This document shows, piece by piece, positions 37,601-45,651 of a DNA stretch of 64,000 nucleotides. The stretch comes from an uncultured Clostridia bacterium. Lineage in GTDB: Bacteria; Acidobacteriota; Blastocatellia; UBA7656. Each line of letters starts with the position of its first letter. Positions within the stretch are counted from its first letter, which is position 1. The stretch lies in NCBI GenBank assembly GCA_964548075.1, contig CAZJQQ010000004.1, positions 115,872 through 179,871 of the forward strand, read 5' to 3'. The translations under genes were made by a program, and so were the position numbers. Under the pieces are notes generated by a model. It saw only the letters and a program-made list of their open reading frames with translations. It was not told the DNA's origin and did not search any database.

Positions 37601-37671
37601 CGAAAGCCGAAGAGATGTACCACCCCGAGACCTTCGGCCGCAGCGGAACTGATAGGGTGATTGTTGAGTGA
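31609..37671 (+). CDS. Bacterial alpha-2-macroglobulin family protein (2020 aa)
   Basis: Signal peptide followed by large MG-like beta-sandwich arrays. Thioester motif in YPFECSEQLSSRVLAV (C-x-E-Q). Confidence 0.8.
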   Translation: MSPRFRIALCTLLALLQSLGLFTAQIATGQTRRVSTARAQGGDVKTGLQLRLSEGTAVVLNQPVASTAPAARLSEDDAQNVLKRLQPLKAELSDEQDIALRDRSLPPPRAGKTITDSFPPAAKLDAPDKLAMGPLEVLRYSPEGDVPLVPQLSVTFSQPMVAVTSHQDTLAAGVPVKLTPQPPGHWRWVGTKTLLFETEGHFPMATEYTAEIPAGVKSATGAILAATKSWKFTTPPPVVKSSYPNDGPTVRDPLMFVEFDQRVSPASVVGTIRVRSGNREWKTRLATSAEVAADDAVSKLAARATKDRWLAFRVVDPANETSRAPLPAGSSINVSIGPGTPSLEGPRRTAAPQSFAFRTYGPLHVTQHRCGYREQCSPFDQWTVQFTNPIDASAFEQSQVRVEEISAAGKKPQTVSLKSAIYGNTLSISGIKPGRTSYRVTLDPAMRDQFGQALGETTPIVFNVGSAPAALAGPDKQFVVLDPAAPPRFSVYSINHNSLRVRLYSVGPEHWSQFLAYMRNRDDRTPRTPPGRLALSKDVNVAAKPDEMAETRIDLTPVLDAGVGQVFVVVEPAVPTARRYRDSVAVWAQVTQIGLDAFVDSSELIGWATSLKDGGPIDGARLSIEVAHAASLRTDAAATTRTDGTANLALKDTASEGARILVARKGRDVAILPETAYWNDRSGWVRRDRGDSLRWFVFDDRKMYRPGEEVHVKGWIRRVGDAKGGDVNPLDAGAAKVEYVVKDSRGNDVLKGEARINALGGFDTAFKLPATMNLGYAQLHLEAFANLPSSNREYSHRFQVQEFRRPEFEVTSQASEGPHFVGSSATTTVNAAYYAGGGLSNAEVTWRVTTSTARFTPPNRDDFTFGKWIPWWIDRSSYTERKVETFNGRTDAAGKHTLRMDFTSVDPPQPSTVTAEASVTDVNRQAWTASANLLVHPADLYVGMRSPRTFVQKGEPLIVQSIVADLDGKLIAGREIKIRAVLMDWVFEKGEWKQQETNPQECTVRSAADPVQCRFETKEGGQYRVTATIQDDRERKNESELTLWVAGGKVVPKRDIEQEDAQMIPDRKEYRAGDTAEILVQAPFYPAEGVLTLRRSGIVSTERFAMDGPSHTLRIPIEEGYTPNLHVQVDLVGAAMRTDNEGKPAEKLPKRPAFAKGELNLQIPPLARELAVEAKPRDKTLEPGGETTVDVEVRDAAGKPVAGSELAVVVVDEAVLALTGYRIGDPISTFYAQRRPEVTDHHSRDDVLLAAPEDLAEKLQRTGFNTGGGEPRLGGDAAAPMRAMAPPKNGREFQKAELLAELQQDQIRMRQNFDALATFAPVVPTDANGRASVKVKLPDSLTRYRVMAIAVAGGKQFGANESNITARLPLMVRPSAPRFLNFGDTFELPIVVQNQTDSPMDVDVAVRAGNAELTAGAGRRVTVPANDRVEVRFPVSASRAGSARFQIAGVSGKWADAAEIELPVWTPATTEAFATYGEIDEGAIAQPVKAPSDAIRQFGGLEISTSSTELQALTDGVIYLVAYPFECSEQLSSRVLAVAALKDVLAAFKAKGLPEPKEMIEAVARDIKRLESRQSDDGGFGFWRRGDQAWPYVSIHVAHALQRAKDKGFEVPASMLDRSKKYLREIERHIPNHYGPYARRALVAYSLYVRNLMGDKDSAKARRLIAEAGLEGVSLEAIGWLLSVLSGDPASQTDLAAIRKHLNNRATEEAATAHFVTSYKDDDYLLMHSDRRADGVILEALIKDQPASDLIPKVVRGLLAHRKQGRWENTQENAFVLLALDKYFSTYEKVTPDFVARAWLGEAYAGGHEFRGRTTERHNVNVPMRALAETAASQNLILSKEGPGRLYYRVGMQYAPASLKLDPSEHGFTVERVYEAVDKADDVRRDPDGSWHIKAGARVRVKLTMLVATRRYHVALVDPIPAGLEALNPALAVTGSVPQDPNDKTTDRWWWWRRPWFEHQNMRDERVEAFASLVWEGVHTYSYVARATTPGVFVVPPTKAEEMYHPETFGRSGTDRVIVE

Positions 37672-37804
37672 CGGCAAGAAGAGAACGTCGGAGATTCTTA
37701 ATCAACTGGCAAGCGTCTCGTTGTCCTAACAAACTTGGCTAGAGAATTGCGCGGCGAGGGTGGTCTTGCTCAGCTTGCCCTGTGTTTGGCAAAAGAGATA
37801 ACAA

Positions 37805-38872
37805 ATGCCTGTGAGTTCTGCACCCGGATCTGGCCGTCAGCGGGATGTCGACGAGATCGTTATGTATGAAAGAGCGGCTGAAGTTGGTCGCCTTCTCTTA
37901 GGTGACCTTAAAGGACCTATGCAGTGGATCTATTACGACCAGTATCTCGGCAAGCCCAGAAAAGAGTTGCAAGCTCGAAAGCATTCGATACGCGCTTACC
38001 TTGGAACTGAGATAGGAAAGTTCTGCCGGAGGAATTTCGAGGATGTGAAGCCCAGGGATCTCGCCCGCTTATATGAGCCGCTTTACGCGCGCGGTAGTGT
38101 CTGGCGGCTTCCTCTGAGCGACTTCATTGAAGAGCTTGGGGTGCCCAAGGAAGGCGTACTCAGAGGAGCGCCGCTTCATGCAACCGTCTCTATCTCGTAT
38201 CTATGGGGGTTACAAACAGAATACCCAGAAATGCACCTAGTTAGAGACCTGGCGCTTTCGCTCAATGCGGTTGTCGCTGCCGAAAGGGAGTTGGAGGAAT
38301 ATGAGCGAATCCCGAAGAGTGAGGCCAAACTCAAGCAGGCCGAACTCGCCGCGCTACAGGGTCACAGTGCTTTCAACAAAAGGATGTGCATTCTCTCCTG
38401 CTTCAACTTGGTAGAGGCCTACGTAAATGGGCTAGCTTGGGAATATGTTCACACCCATGACATCTCACTTGTCTCAAAGGGTGACCAAGAGGCACTCACG
38501 GAAAAAGACAAGAACGGCAAAGATAGACTCGTAAACATAATCGATAAACTCGTAAAGATTCCGAGAATCGTAGCTCACCAGCAATATGGTCCGTTAGACA
38601 AGATGCGCGAGCCCCTGAAAACCTTCATCGAAACTGTTAAGCCATACCGCGACTCTATCGTTCATGCATCTCCATTTTCTGCTCCAGAGAACTTTGGTGA
38701 TTATGACAAACTCTCAAAATTGTATGAGCTCAGTTTGGATACCGTTAAAAAGGCGGTGAGCAATACACTGGCTATCATTAGTCAGATTCACCAATTCACT
38801 GGAGCAAACAACAATCTGCCGGAATGGGTTTACGCTCAGAACGACGACGGGTCATTTGACATGGCGTCTTAA
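37805..38872 (+). CDS. Hypothetical protein on a low-GC islet; possible HEPN-like nuclease domain (R-x4-H motif RDSIVH)
   Basis: About 50% GC against about 62% in the flanks. C-terminal helical region ...MCILSCFNLVEAYVNGLAWEYVH...YRDSIVHASPF. Alternative start ATG at 37919 has a better SD (AAGGA). No confident family assignment. Confidence 0.5.
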   Translation: MPVSSAPGSGRQRDVDEIVMYERAAEVGRLLLGDLKGPMQWIYYDQYLGKPRKELQARKHSIRAYLGTEIGKFCRRNFEDVKPRDLARLYEPLYARGSVWRLPLSDFIEELGVPKEGVLRGAPLHATVSISYLWGLQTEYPEMHLVRDLALSLNAVVAAERELEEYERIPKSEAKLKQAELAALQGHSAFNKRMCILSCFNLVEAYVNGLAWEYVHTHDISLVSKGDQEALTEKDKNGKDRLVNIIDKLVKIPRIVAHQQYGPLDKMREPLKTFIETVKPYRDSIVHASPFSAPENFGDYDKLSKLYELSLDTVKKAVSNTLAIISQIHQFTGANNNLPEWVYAQNDDGSFDMAS

Positions 38873-38900
38873 TCGTCACGTAGCGGAATACCACTAAGAG

Positions 38901-39194
38901 TTAGATAACCTCGTCGAACCGGGGCACTCTGAACAGGACGATGTCCGGATAGCCGTTTGCCTCAGCATTGAGCTTAACCTCATACGCATCGTTGCCGCTG
39001 CCAACGATCGTTTGGCTGCGCTCTAGAATGGCCACCCACTTGTCTTCGTACTGGCCTAGCTGTTCTTGGAGTGGGCCTAGAAGTTCCATAAACCATCTCG
39101 CGCTTTTCTCAGTCTGGGTGATGCCTGGATGGTTCCATTCCAGGAGGAGATTGTCAATTGAGGGCCGCAAACGCGGCACCTTTTCCATTTGCAA
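38901..39194 (-). CDS. Hypothetical small protein
   Basis: ...KWVAILERSQTIVGSGNDAYEVKLNAEANGYPDIVLFRVP.... Low-GC islet. Alternative start MELLGP at 39089. Divergent from the 39216 gene, with only 21 bp between them. Confidence 0.35.
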   Translation of the reverse strand: MQMEKVPRLRPSIDNLLLEWNHPGITQTEKSARWFMELLGPLQEQLGQYEDKWVAILERSQTIVGSGNDAYEVKLNAEANGYPDIVLFRVPRFDEVI

Positions 39195-39215
39195 ACAGGT
39201 TGTACGTGATATATT

Positions 39216-39545
39216 TTGCGAACCATGTCCAGCACTAAACGATATACGAGACTTCTGGACTTTGATATGCGAGAACAGGTTCGTTTCTCGACGGACGGCA
39301 ACGACGTACTAGAATTCGTCGTTCAACTAGAAATCAAGATCGATGACTCTTGGGCTTGGATTCGGCGCTATGACACAATGAATGGGGTTGCTCATCTTGA
39401 CGTCAAGTACGGCGATGGAACTATTGACAAGCACCGAGCAATGAACCTACCGTTCAAAGAGGCTTTCACCGTGGCGCTCGCTGAAATAGGATCCAACTGG
39501 CAGAAGCATCGCACTTGGTATTTGGAGGGGAGACGAAAGCGATGA
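39216..39545 (+). CDS. Hypothetical small protein (first gene of a coupled pair)
   Basis: ...WAWIRRYDTMNGVAHLDVKYGDGTIDKHRAMNLPFKEAF.... Low GC. Its stop overlaps the next start as ATGA. Confidence 0.4.
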   Translation: MRTMSSTKRYTRLLDFDMREQVRFSTDGNDVLEFVVQLEIKIDDSWAWIRRYDTMNGVAHLDVKYGDGTIDKHRAMNLPFKEAFTVALAEIGSNWQKHRTWYLEGRRKR

Positions 39546-39889
39546 AATGGTGGCGCAGATTTCTCTTTACCAAACACTCGGCACGCAGTGAATCGGAGTT
39601 CGTAAGCCTAAATGCTACGCTCAGCGCCCAATTCAACGCTTTCGTCGTGGCCCACTTGCAGTGGGCCGCTGACGTTCTTCCCGACAATGCGGCGATCCTG
39701 GTTGAAGTGGACGGAGATCAAGAATTCAATGAATGGTCGCGCAAGTTAGTGCATTCCTCCGTCGAGCCGGGGCAGTCAATATTCCCCGTTCTCTTTCGCC
39801 GGCTCCCGCACGATGCCAGTCATATGGAGATTCACCCACGTATCCTCGAACGACGTTCCGAAAGAATCATGGCTGATCTAGCCTTCTAG
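39542..39889 (+). CDS. Hypothetical small protein (second gene of a coupled pair)
   Basis: MKWWRRFLFTKHSARSESEFVSLNATLSAQFNAFVVAHLQW.... ATGA-coupled to 39216..39545. Confidence 0.4.
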   Translation: MKWWRRFLFTKHSARSESEFVSLNATLSAQFNAFVVAHLQWAADVLPDNAAILVEVDGDQEFNEWSRKLVHSSVEPGQSIFPVLFRRLPHDASHMEIHPRILERRSERIMADLAF

Positions 39890-39910
39890 TGGGCCTACAA
39901 CTGAGCCCAC

Positions 39911-40849
39911 TCAAATCACGAGATGGCCTCGCTTATCGGCAATCGTGATCGTTGCTTGAGTTCCAGAGTTGAATGCAACAAAGTCGCTTTCGATTCCGTC
40001 GCTGAAGATCACTCCAACCTCGGGCGTCTGCGAGATCAGCTTCAACGGCCGCGCACTGGTGATCTTGCCAAACACCAGCGTCGCCGAAGACGTCTTGCTC
40101 GGGAACGGTTCCCGCACAGTGTAGTAGAGATAATCCGAGTCCCACGCGAATCCGCCCGGCGGTTCAACCTTGACTCTGCCGCCTGAGGCTTCGCTTGCGA
40201 CTTTCGCGGCGCCGGTCATCAAGCTTCTAAACCAACCGGTCGAACCCAGACCAGTCGATACGATGATTCCGCTCGATGAGTGTTGCTCGCTCTTCTCGCC
40301 GACGCTGATCGTGTACCGCGCCGAGACGTGCGAGCGAACGCCGATGAACAGATCGTTCACCGCGTAGAGCTTCTGGCCGTCGTTCAACTCGGCTTTGGCC
40401 ATTGTCACTTCTTTGATCGGGCGCCGGTGAGCGAAGACTTCGGGCAGGATCGTTTCGAGATCGTCAACCGCGAACGGAAGCAGCACTCCTTCCCAGCGCG
40501 CGGTGTCGGGATTGACGCCGACCACTTGCTGAGTCGTCGTGTACTTGACCGTGTTCGCGACCAGCCCGTCCTGGCCGAGCACCACTACCGTGTCGTCATT
40601 GCCGAAGATGAAATTCGGAAGAAACGATCTATCAAGCACGTGAAGCCGGCCGATACGTTCGAGCGTCGCAACCGCTCCGGAGACCGACGCGCGGTATTGT
40701 TCGTGCTCGTGAAGGTAATCGGAGAAATCGGCGCCCAGGTGTTCGACGTAGAACTTTGCCTGACTGACCGTGTTGAAGCGCGCGACCAGATCATCGAGCC
40801 GCGTGTGGCGCGTGACCAGAACGACTTTGTTCTCGGTCAACCGATTCAT
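39911..40849 (-). CDS. ATP-NAD kinase-like (NAD kinase/diacylglycerol-kinase fold) family protein
   Basis: VVVLGQDGLVANT is a degenerate GGDGT. ...GVNPDT..., ...AVNDLFI... and ...STGLGSTGWFRSLMTGA... match the NADK fold pattern but diverge from canonical NadK. Downstream of the SPFH gene in the same operon. Confidence 0.55.
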   Translation of the reverse strand: MNRLTENKVVLVTRHTRLDDLVARFNTVSQAKFYVEHLGADFSDYLHEHEQYRASVSGAVATLERIGRLHVLDRSFLPNFIFGNDDTVVVLGQDGLVANTVKYTTTQQVVGVNPDTARWEGVLLPFAVDDLETILPEVFAHRRPIKEVTMAKAELNDGQKLYAVNDLFIGVRSHVSARYTISVGEKSEQHSSSGIIVSTGLGSTGWFRSLMTGAAKVASEASGGRVKVEPPGGFAWDSDYLYYTVREPFPSKTSSATLVFGKITSARPLKLISQTPEVGVIFSDGIESDFVAFNSGTQATITIADKRGHLVI

Positions 40850-40865
40850 GATTTCACTTGAGCGC

Positions 40866-41888
40866 TCACTTGTTGGAATTGAGCGTGAGCAGCTCGCGGA
40901 GCAGATCAGGTGAGATGTTCAACTGGCCGATCTTGTCCGCGCGTTCGGCGAGGCCCTGGAACGCGAGCGCGACCAATTGATCGGGTTGCATGCCGACGCT
41001 TGCTAGCGCTTGCAGCACCTTTGAGTCGACGCCTTCGAGCGCCTTCATCGTAGCCGCAACGCCGTATGCTTTCGCGTCGGATTCGGCCTTCGTGTTCTCG
41101 GTGGAAAGCGTGACCAGTTGTTTGTTCTTTTCTTCGAGCGCGATGTTGGATTCCATCTCGGCGTCGCGAAGCTGGTGTTGCTTCTCCTGCACGGCGCGCT
41201 CGGCGTCCATCTGCGCTTCGCGAATCTGGCGCTTCTTGTTCTCGACGGCGATCTCGGTGTTCAACTCGTTCTCTCGAATCGCGCGCTCCTGTTCAACTGC
41301 GGAGTTGCGCCGCGCGTAGATCGCTTCGTCGGCCTCGCGAAGCAGTTGTTCGCGGGCTTCGGCCTCCAGCGCTCGGCCCGTTTCGGGATTGGGTTTGATC
41401 GCCAGGATCGAGAGACCGAGCACCTCGAGACCGAGCGATGATATTTCAGTTGAAGCCGCGAGGCCCTTCGTGACCTCCCGAACAAGCGCGTCGGATGCTC
41501 GTAGCGCGTCCCGAAGCGCGAGCGTCTGAAGCTCTTTGCGAGTGAGCACCTTGATCACGTTGATGACTCGCGCCGAGAGCTTTTGCGGATCATCCGAGAC
41601 GTAGGTGCGCGCCGACGCATCGAGTGTGAAGTTCAAGAGCTGAGACACTCGTTTCGGGTCGGTTATTCGGTAGGTGGCCTGGCCTTGAATGCTGATCTCC
41701 TGAAAGTCCGAGGTGACCTCGTTGAATATGAACGGCGCGTCGGTGCTTGCGATGGGCACGGCGACAAGCGAGGTCGTCGGCGCGTAGTAGAAGAATGAAA
41801 GGCCGGCGCCCTCACGAACGATCCGGCCTTTCTTGTACTGAAGCAGGTAGCTCGTAGGCTGCATCTTTATGAATCGGAGTCCCAGCAT
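40866..41888 (-). CDS. SPFH/Band-7 (flotillin/stomatin-like) domain protein
   Basis: Start MLGLRFIKMQPTSYLL with AAAGGAGGG SD. SPFH core then a long coiled-coil: EAEAREQLLREADEAIYARRNSAVEQERAIRENELNTEIAVENKKRQIREAQ.... Confidence 0.85.
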   Translation of the reverse strand: MLGLRFIKMQPTSYLLQYKKGRIVREGAGLSFFYYAPTTSLVAVPIASTDAPFIFNEVTSDFQEISIQGQATYRITDPKRVSQLLNFTLDASARTYVSDDPQKLSARVINVIKVLTRKELQTLALRDALRASDALVREVTKGLAASTEISSLGLEVLGLSILAIKPNPETGRALEAEAREQLLREADEAIYARRNSAVEQERAIRENELNTEIAVENKKRQIREAQMDAERAVQEKQHQLRDAEMESNIALEEKNKQLVTLSTENTKAESDAKAYGVAATMKALEGVDSKVLQALASVGMQPDQLVALAFQGLAERADKIGQLNISPDLLRELLTLNSNK

Positions 41889-42022
41889 TCGACCCTCCTT
41901 TTCAAACACAAAGACGTTTCAACCACAAAGACACGAAGCCATAAAGCAAGCCCCTCAGATGTGCGCGTTGTGTTCGTGTATTGTGTCTTATAGTCTTCGT
42001 GTCTTTGTGTTCAGCCCTTCAC

Positions 42023-43108
42023 CTAGCCGTGCGTTCGCTCGAACTCTCTCATGAACGCGACCAGCGCTTCAACGCCGTCTTTCGGGAATGCATTATAGAT
42101 CGACGCTCGAATGCCTCCTACCGAACGATGGCCTTTGAGTCCATCGAGCCCGGCCTTCGTGGCTTCGCCGACGAATTGCTTTTCGAGATCTTCGCTCGGA
42201 AGCCGGAACGTCACGTTCATCAGCGAGCGGCAGTCGGCCTTCGCGTGGCCGCGATAAAAGCTGCTCGCGTCAATCAGGTTGTAGAGGAGCCCGGCCTTCT
42301 CTTTGTTGCGCCGCTCAGCCGCCTCGAGACCGCCTTGCTCGATCAGCCACTTCATCACCAGACGCATCACGTAAATCGTAAACACAGGAGGCGTATTGTA
42401 GAGCGATTTGTTCTTAACGTGAGTGTTGTAGTCGAGCATCGTGTGCATGCCTTGAGGGGTGCGGGCGAGCATGTCGTCCCGAATGAAGACTAGCGTGACT
42501 CCCGCGGGCGCGAGGTTCTTCTGCGCGCCGGCGTAGATCAGCGCGTACTTCTTCACATCGATCGGACGCCCGAAGATGTCGGACGAAGCGTCGGCCACCA
42601 GAGGCACGCCGCCGGTGTCGGGGTCGTACTTCCACTCGACGCCATGAATCGTCTCGTTGGTTGTGATGTGAACATACGCGGCTTCCCGGTCAAGCTTGAG
42701 TTCCTCTTGTCGGGGAACACGCTTGAAGCCATCCGCTTCCGTGGAAGCGGCAACGTTCACCTGACCGACCTTCTGGGCTTCCTTGATCGCTTTCTTGGAC
42801 CATGAGCCGGTGCTGACGTAGTCCGCTTTCCCGCCGGCGGGCATAAGGTTCATCGGGACCATCGAGAACTGCATCGACGCACCGCCTTGCAGAAACAGCA
42901 CGTGATAGTTGTCGGGGATGCCGGCGAGCTTGCGGATGTCGGCTTCGCAGCCCAGGATCATCTCATCGAACGCCTTCGAGCGATGGCTGATCTCGAGCAC
43001 CGACATTCCAACACCCGGAAGCGCGACCAGATCGCGCTGGGCTTCTTCGAGCACCGCGAGAGGCAGCACTGCCGGACCCGCTGAAAAGTTGTAGATCCTC
43101 TGTGTCAT
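42023..43108 (-). CDS. serC: Phosphoserine aminotransferase
   Basis: MTQRIYNFSAGPAVLPLAVLEEAQRDL ... LIYAGAQKNLAPAGVTLVFIR carries the class V aminotransferase SerC motifs. Confidence 0.9.
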   Translation of the reverse strand: MTQRIYNFSAGPAVLPLAVLEEAQRDLVALPGVGMSVLEISHRSKAFDEMILGCEADIRKLAGIPDNYHVLFLQGGASMQFSMVPMNLMPAGGKADYVSTGSWSKKAIKEAQKVGQVNVAASTEADGFKRVPRQEELKLDREAAYVHITTNETIHGVEWKYDPDTGGVPLVADASSDIFGRPIDVKKYALIYAGAQKNLAPAGVTLVFIRDDMLARTPQGMHTMLDYNTHVKNKSLYNTPPVFTIYVMRLVMKWLIEQGGLEAAERRNKEKAGLLYNLIDASSFYRGHAKADCRSLMNVTFRLPSEDLEKQFVGEATKAGLDGLKGHRSVGGIRASIYNAFPKDGVEALVAFMREFERTHG

Positions 43109-43174
43109 GATTCCTCCGGAATGAGTGTTAGGGGTTGGCGGTCAGAGCCTGGGCCAGCCCCTAGCCCCCAACCC

Positions 43175-44377
43175 CTAAAGCTTAAGCAAGCTCAACTCAA
43201 TTATGTCGTGCGAGTTCGCCTTGATCGCCTCCAGCACCGCGTCGGAAGGCGCCGAGTCGAGGTGAATGCTAGCGATAGCGGCGACCGCTCCGTCGAAGAC
43301 GATGTTTTCGGTTTCCTCGACGTTGATGCCCGCCTCTTTGAGCTGGTCAAAGACGTTTGCAAGCACGCCCACGCGATCGAAGTGCCTAACGACAAGCAGA
43401 TGCGTCGCCGGCGTCTTCTTCGCCAGGTTGACGACGTTGGGCGCTCGGCCCGTTTCCTTGTATTCGCGGATGATTCGCACGGTCTCTTCAGCGATGGCTT
43501 GCTGAGCCTGGTCGGTTGAAGCGCCGATGTGATGAGTGCCAATCACTCCTTCGACTTTGAAAACGCCGTCTTCTACTGTCCCCACGCCGGCTGTCGGCTC
43601 GCCTGCAAAAACGTCCAGCCCCGCGCGCAGCCCCTTTTCTTTCACCGCGCGAACGAGCGCCGCCTGATCGACGACCTCAGCGCGCGACGTATTGATGAAA
43701 TACGAGCCGGGCTTCATCGCAGTGAAGAACTTCTCGTCGATCAAATTCTTTGTGTCGTTGTTGAGTGCAACGTGCACGCTGACTACGTCTGAAGCCGACG
43801 CGACTTCGATCGGTGACTGCTTCATCTCGATTCCCAGCTTCTCGGCTCGTTCCTGGGTTAGCGAACGGCTCCAGGCAACAACCGGCATGCCGAACGCTCG
43901 GGCGCGCGTGATCATCTCCTGTCCGATTCGCCCGACGCCGATCAGCCCAAGCGTTCGGCCGAAGACTCCGCGCGCTTTGCTGTACTCTTTCTTGTTCCAG
44001 CGGCCTTGCCTCAGATCACTGACATTGTCAGGTATCCGCCGGTCGAGCGACAACAGCAATCCGAACGCCAGCTCGGCCACCGCGATCGAGTTCTTGCCCG
44101 GACAGTTCGTAATGTAGATGCCGCGTGAGGACGCGGTCTTAACGTCGATCGTGTTGTAGCCGGCCCCCGCGCGAACGACAAGACTCAGCCGGCCGGCTTC
44201 AAGCATCTCGCCGGTCACTTTCGTGCCGCGGACAACCAGTATGTCAGCGCCGCTCGACTTGATCGCCGTCGTGAGCGCGTCGTCTTTCAAATCGGCGTCA
44301 TACACTATCTCGAAGCCTGCTTGAAGCAGCTCTGTTCGCCCGGCGTCCGGGAATCTGTCTGCGATGAGTATTCTCAT
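43175..44377 (-). CDS. serA: D-3-phosphoglycerate dehydrogenase with C-terminal ACT domain
   Basis: NAD-binding GLIGVGRIGQEM. Catalytic region ...HIGASTDQAQ.... C-terminal ACT domain HLLVVRHFDRVGVLANVF. Confidence 0.9.
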   Translation of the reverse strand: MRILIADRFPDAGRTELLQAGFEIVYDADLKDDALTTAIKSSGADILVVRGTKVTGEMLEAGRLSLVVRAGAGYNTIDVKTASSRGIYITNCPGKNSIAVAELAFGLLLSLDRRIPDNVSDLRQGRWNKKEYSKARGVFGRTLGLIGVGRIGQEMITRARAFGMPVVAWSRSLTQERAEKLGIEMKQSPIEVASASDVVSVHVALNNDTKNLIDEKFFTAMKPGSYFINTSRAEVVDQAALVRAVKEKGLRAGLDVFAGEPTAGVGTVEDGVFKVEGVIGTHHIGASTDQAQQAIAEETVRIIREYKETGRAPNVVNLAKKTPATHLLVVRHFDRVGVLANVFDQLKEAGINVEETENIVFDGAVAAIASIHLDSAPSDAVLEAIKANSHDIIELSLLKL

Positions 44378-44421
44378 TGGTGATGCTCCTTGTTCCTTCC
44401 AGCCGGATCAAAGTCTTAGAC

Positions 44422-45651
44422 TCAAATCAAATGGCTCAACAAGCCATCTCGCAGCTTCGGCTCGAACCACGTCGATTTGGGCGGCATGATCTCATTCGCA
44501 TCGGCGATAGCCATCAAGTCGTCGACGGTCACCGGGTACAAGGAGAACGCCACTGCCGCGCGCCCTTCGTTGACCATCTCCTCGAGCGCCGCCGTGCCGC
44601 GGATCCCACCTACAAAATCAACTCGCTTGTCGGTGCGGACGTCTGCGGTTCCGAGCAGCGGATCGAGCAATCGCTCCTGAAGCACGCTCACATCCAGCGA
44701 CGAAATCGGATCGATCGGATTGGTAGTGCCCGACGGCACCGTCAGACTATGCCACCGGCCTCCCAGGTACATGCATATCTCGGATTTCTGCGCGGGCGAT
44801 GGCGAGACCGCGTCGGCGATGTCGAACTTCTCGGACAGCGCGGCGAGGAACTTGCTCGCTGACATTCCGTTCAGGTCCTTGACCACTCGGTTGTAGGGTA
44901 GAATCTGAAGCTGATCGGCAGGGAACAATACCGTGAGAAAAAAGTTGTACTCTTCCCCGCCGTCGTGGTCAGGGTTGGTTCGAAGTTCGGCGCGCGCGCG
45001 GCTCGCGCTCGCAGCGCGGTGATGGCCGTCGGCAATGTAAACGAGCGGAACTGATTGAAACGCTTCGATCAGAAGATCGCGATCCGCCTGACCGACTCGC
45101 CAGATCGTGTGCGCTACGCCATCCGGCGCCGTGAAATCGTATAGCGGGTCCTCCTGCTGCGCGCGAATGACAAGATCGTTGATCTCGTCGCGCCCGCGAT
45201 AGTTTAGAAACACAGGCCCGGTTTGCGCGCGAAGCGTCAGCATGTGGCGCGTGCGGTCATCCTCTTTGTCCTTTCGGGTGCGTTCGTGCTTGCGAACGAT
45301 GTCCGAGTCGTACTCGTCAATCGAGCAGCACGCGGCAATGCCCGTTTGTGTGTGCTCGCCCATGCGAAGTCGATACACGTAAAGGCTGGGAGTGTCTTCT
45401 ATAAACAGCGGCGCCTCCGCTTTCAACTTTTCGAAGTTCTCGGCTGCTTTGGCGTAAACCTCGTCGGAATGAACATCAATACCGTCAGGCAAGTCTATCT
45501 CGGGCCGCGAAACGTGCAGGAAGCTAAGCGGGTTCCCGGCTGCGAGCGCGCGAGCTTCTGCCGTGTTGACTACGTCGTAGGGAACCGCTGACACGGCCGG
45601 CGCATTTTCACTCGTTGGGCGAAGCGCTCGAAAGGCTCGAATTGTCGCCAT
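44422..45651 (-). CDS. DUF1015 domain protein (conserved partner of serA/serC)
   Basis: MATIRAFRALRPTSENAP...PYDVV... is the DUF1015 N-terminal signature. Start at ATG 45651; the longer ORF to 45681 is an N-terminal extension. Confidence 0.75.
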   Translation of the reverse strand: MATIRAFRALRPTSENAPAVSAVPYDVVNTAEARALAAGNPLSFLHVSRPEIDLPDGIDVHSDEVYAKAAENFEKLKAEAPLFIEDTPSLYVYRLRMGEHTQTGIAACCSIDEYDSDIVRKHERTRKDKEDDRTRHMLTLRAQTGPVFLNYRGRDEINDLVIRAQQEDPLYDFTAPDGVAHTIWRVGQADRDLLIEAFQSVPLVYIADGHHRAASASRARAELRTNPDHDGGEEYNFFLTVLFPADQLQILPYNRVVKDLNGMSASKFLAALSEKFDIADAVSPSPAQKSEICMYLGGRWHSLTVPSGTTNPIDPISSLDVSVLQERLLDPLLGTADVRTDKRVDFVGGIRGTAALEEMVNEGRAAVAFSLYPVTVDDLMAIADANEIMPPKSTWFEPKLRDGLLSHLI

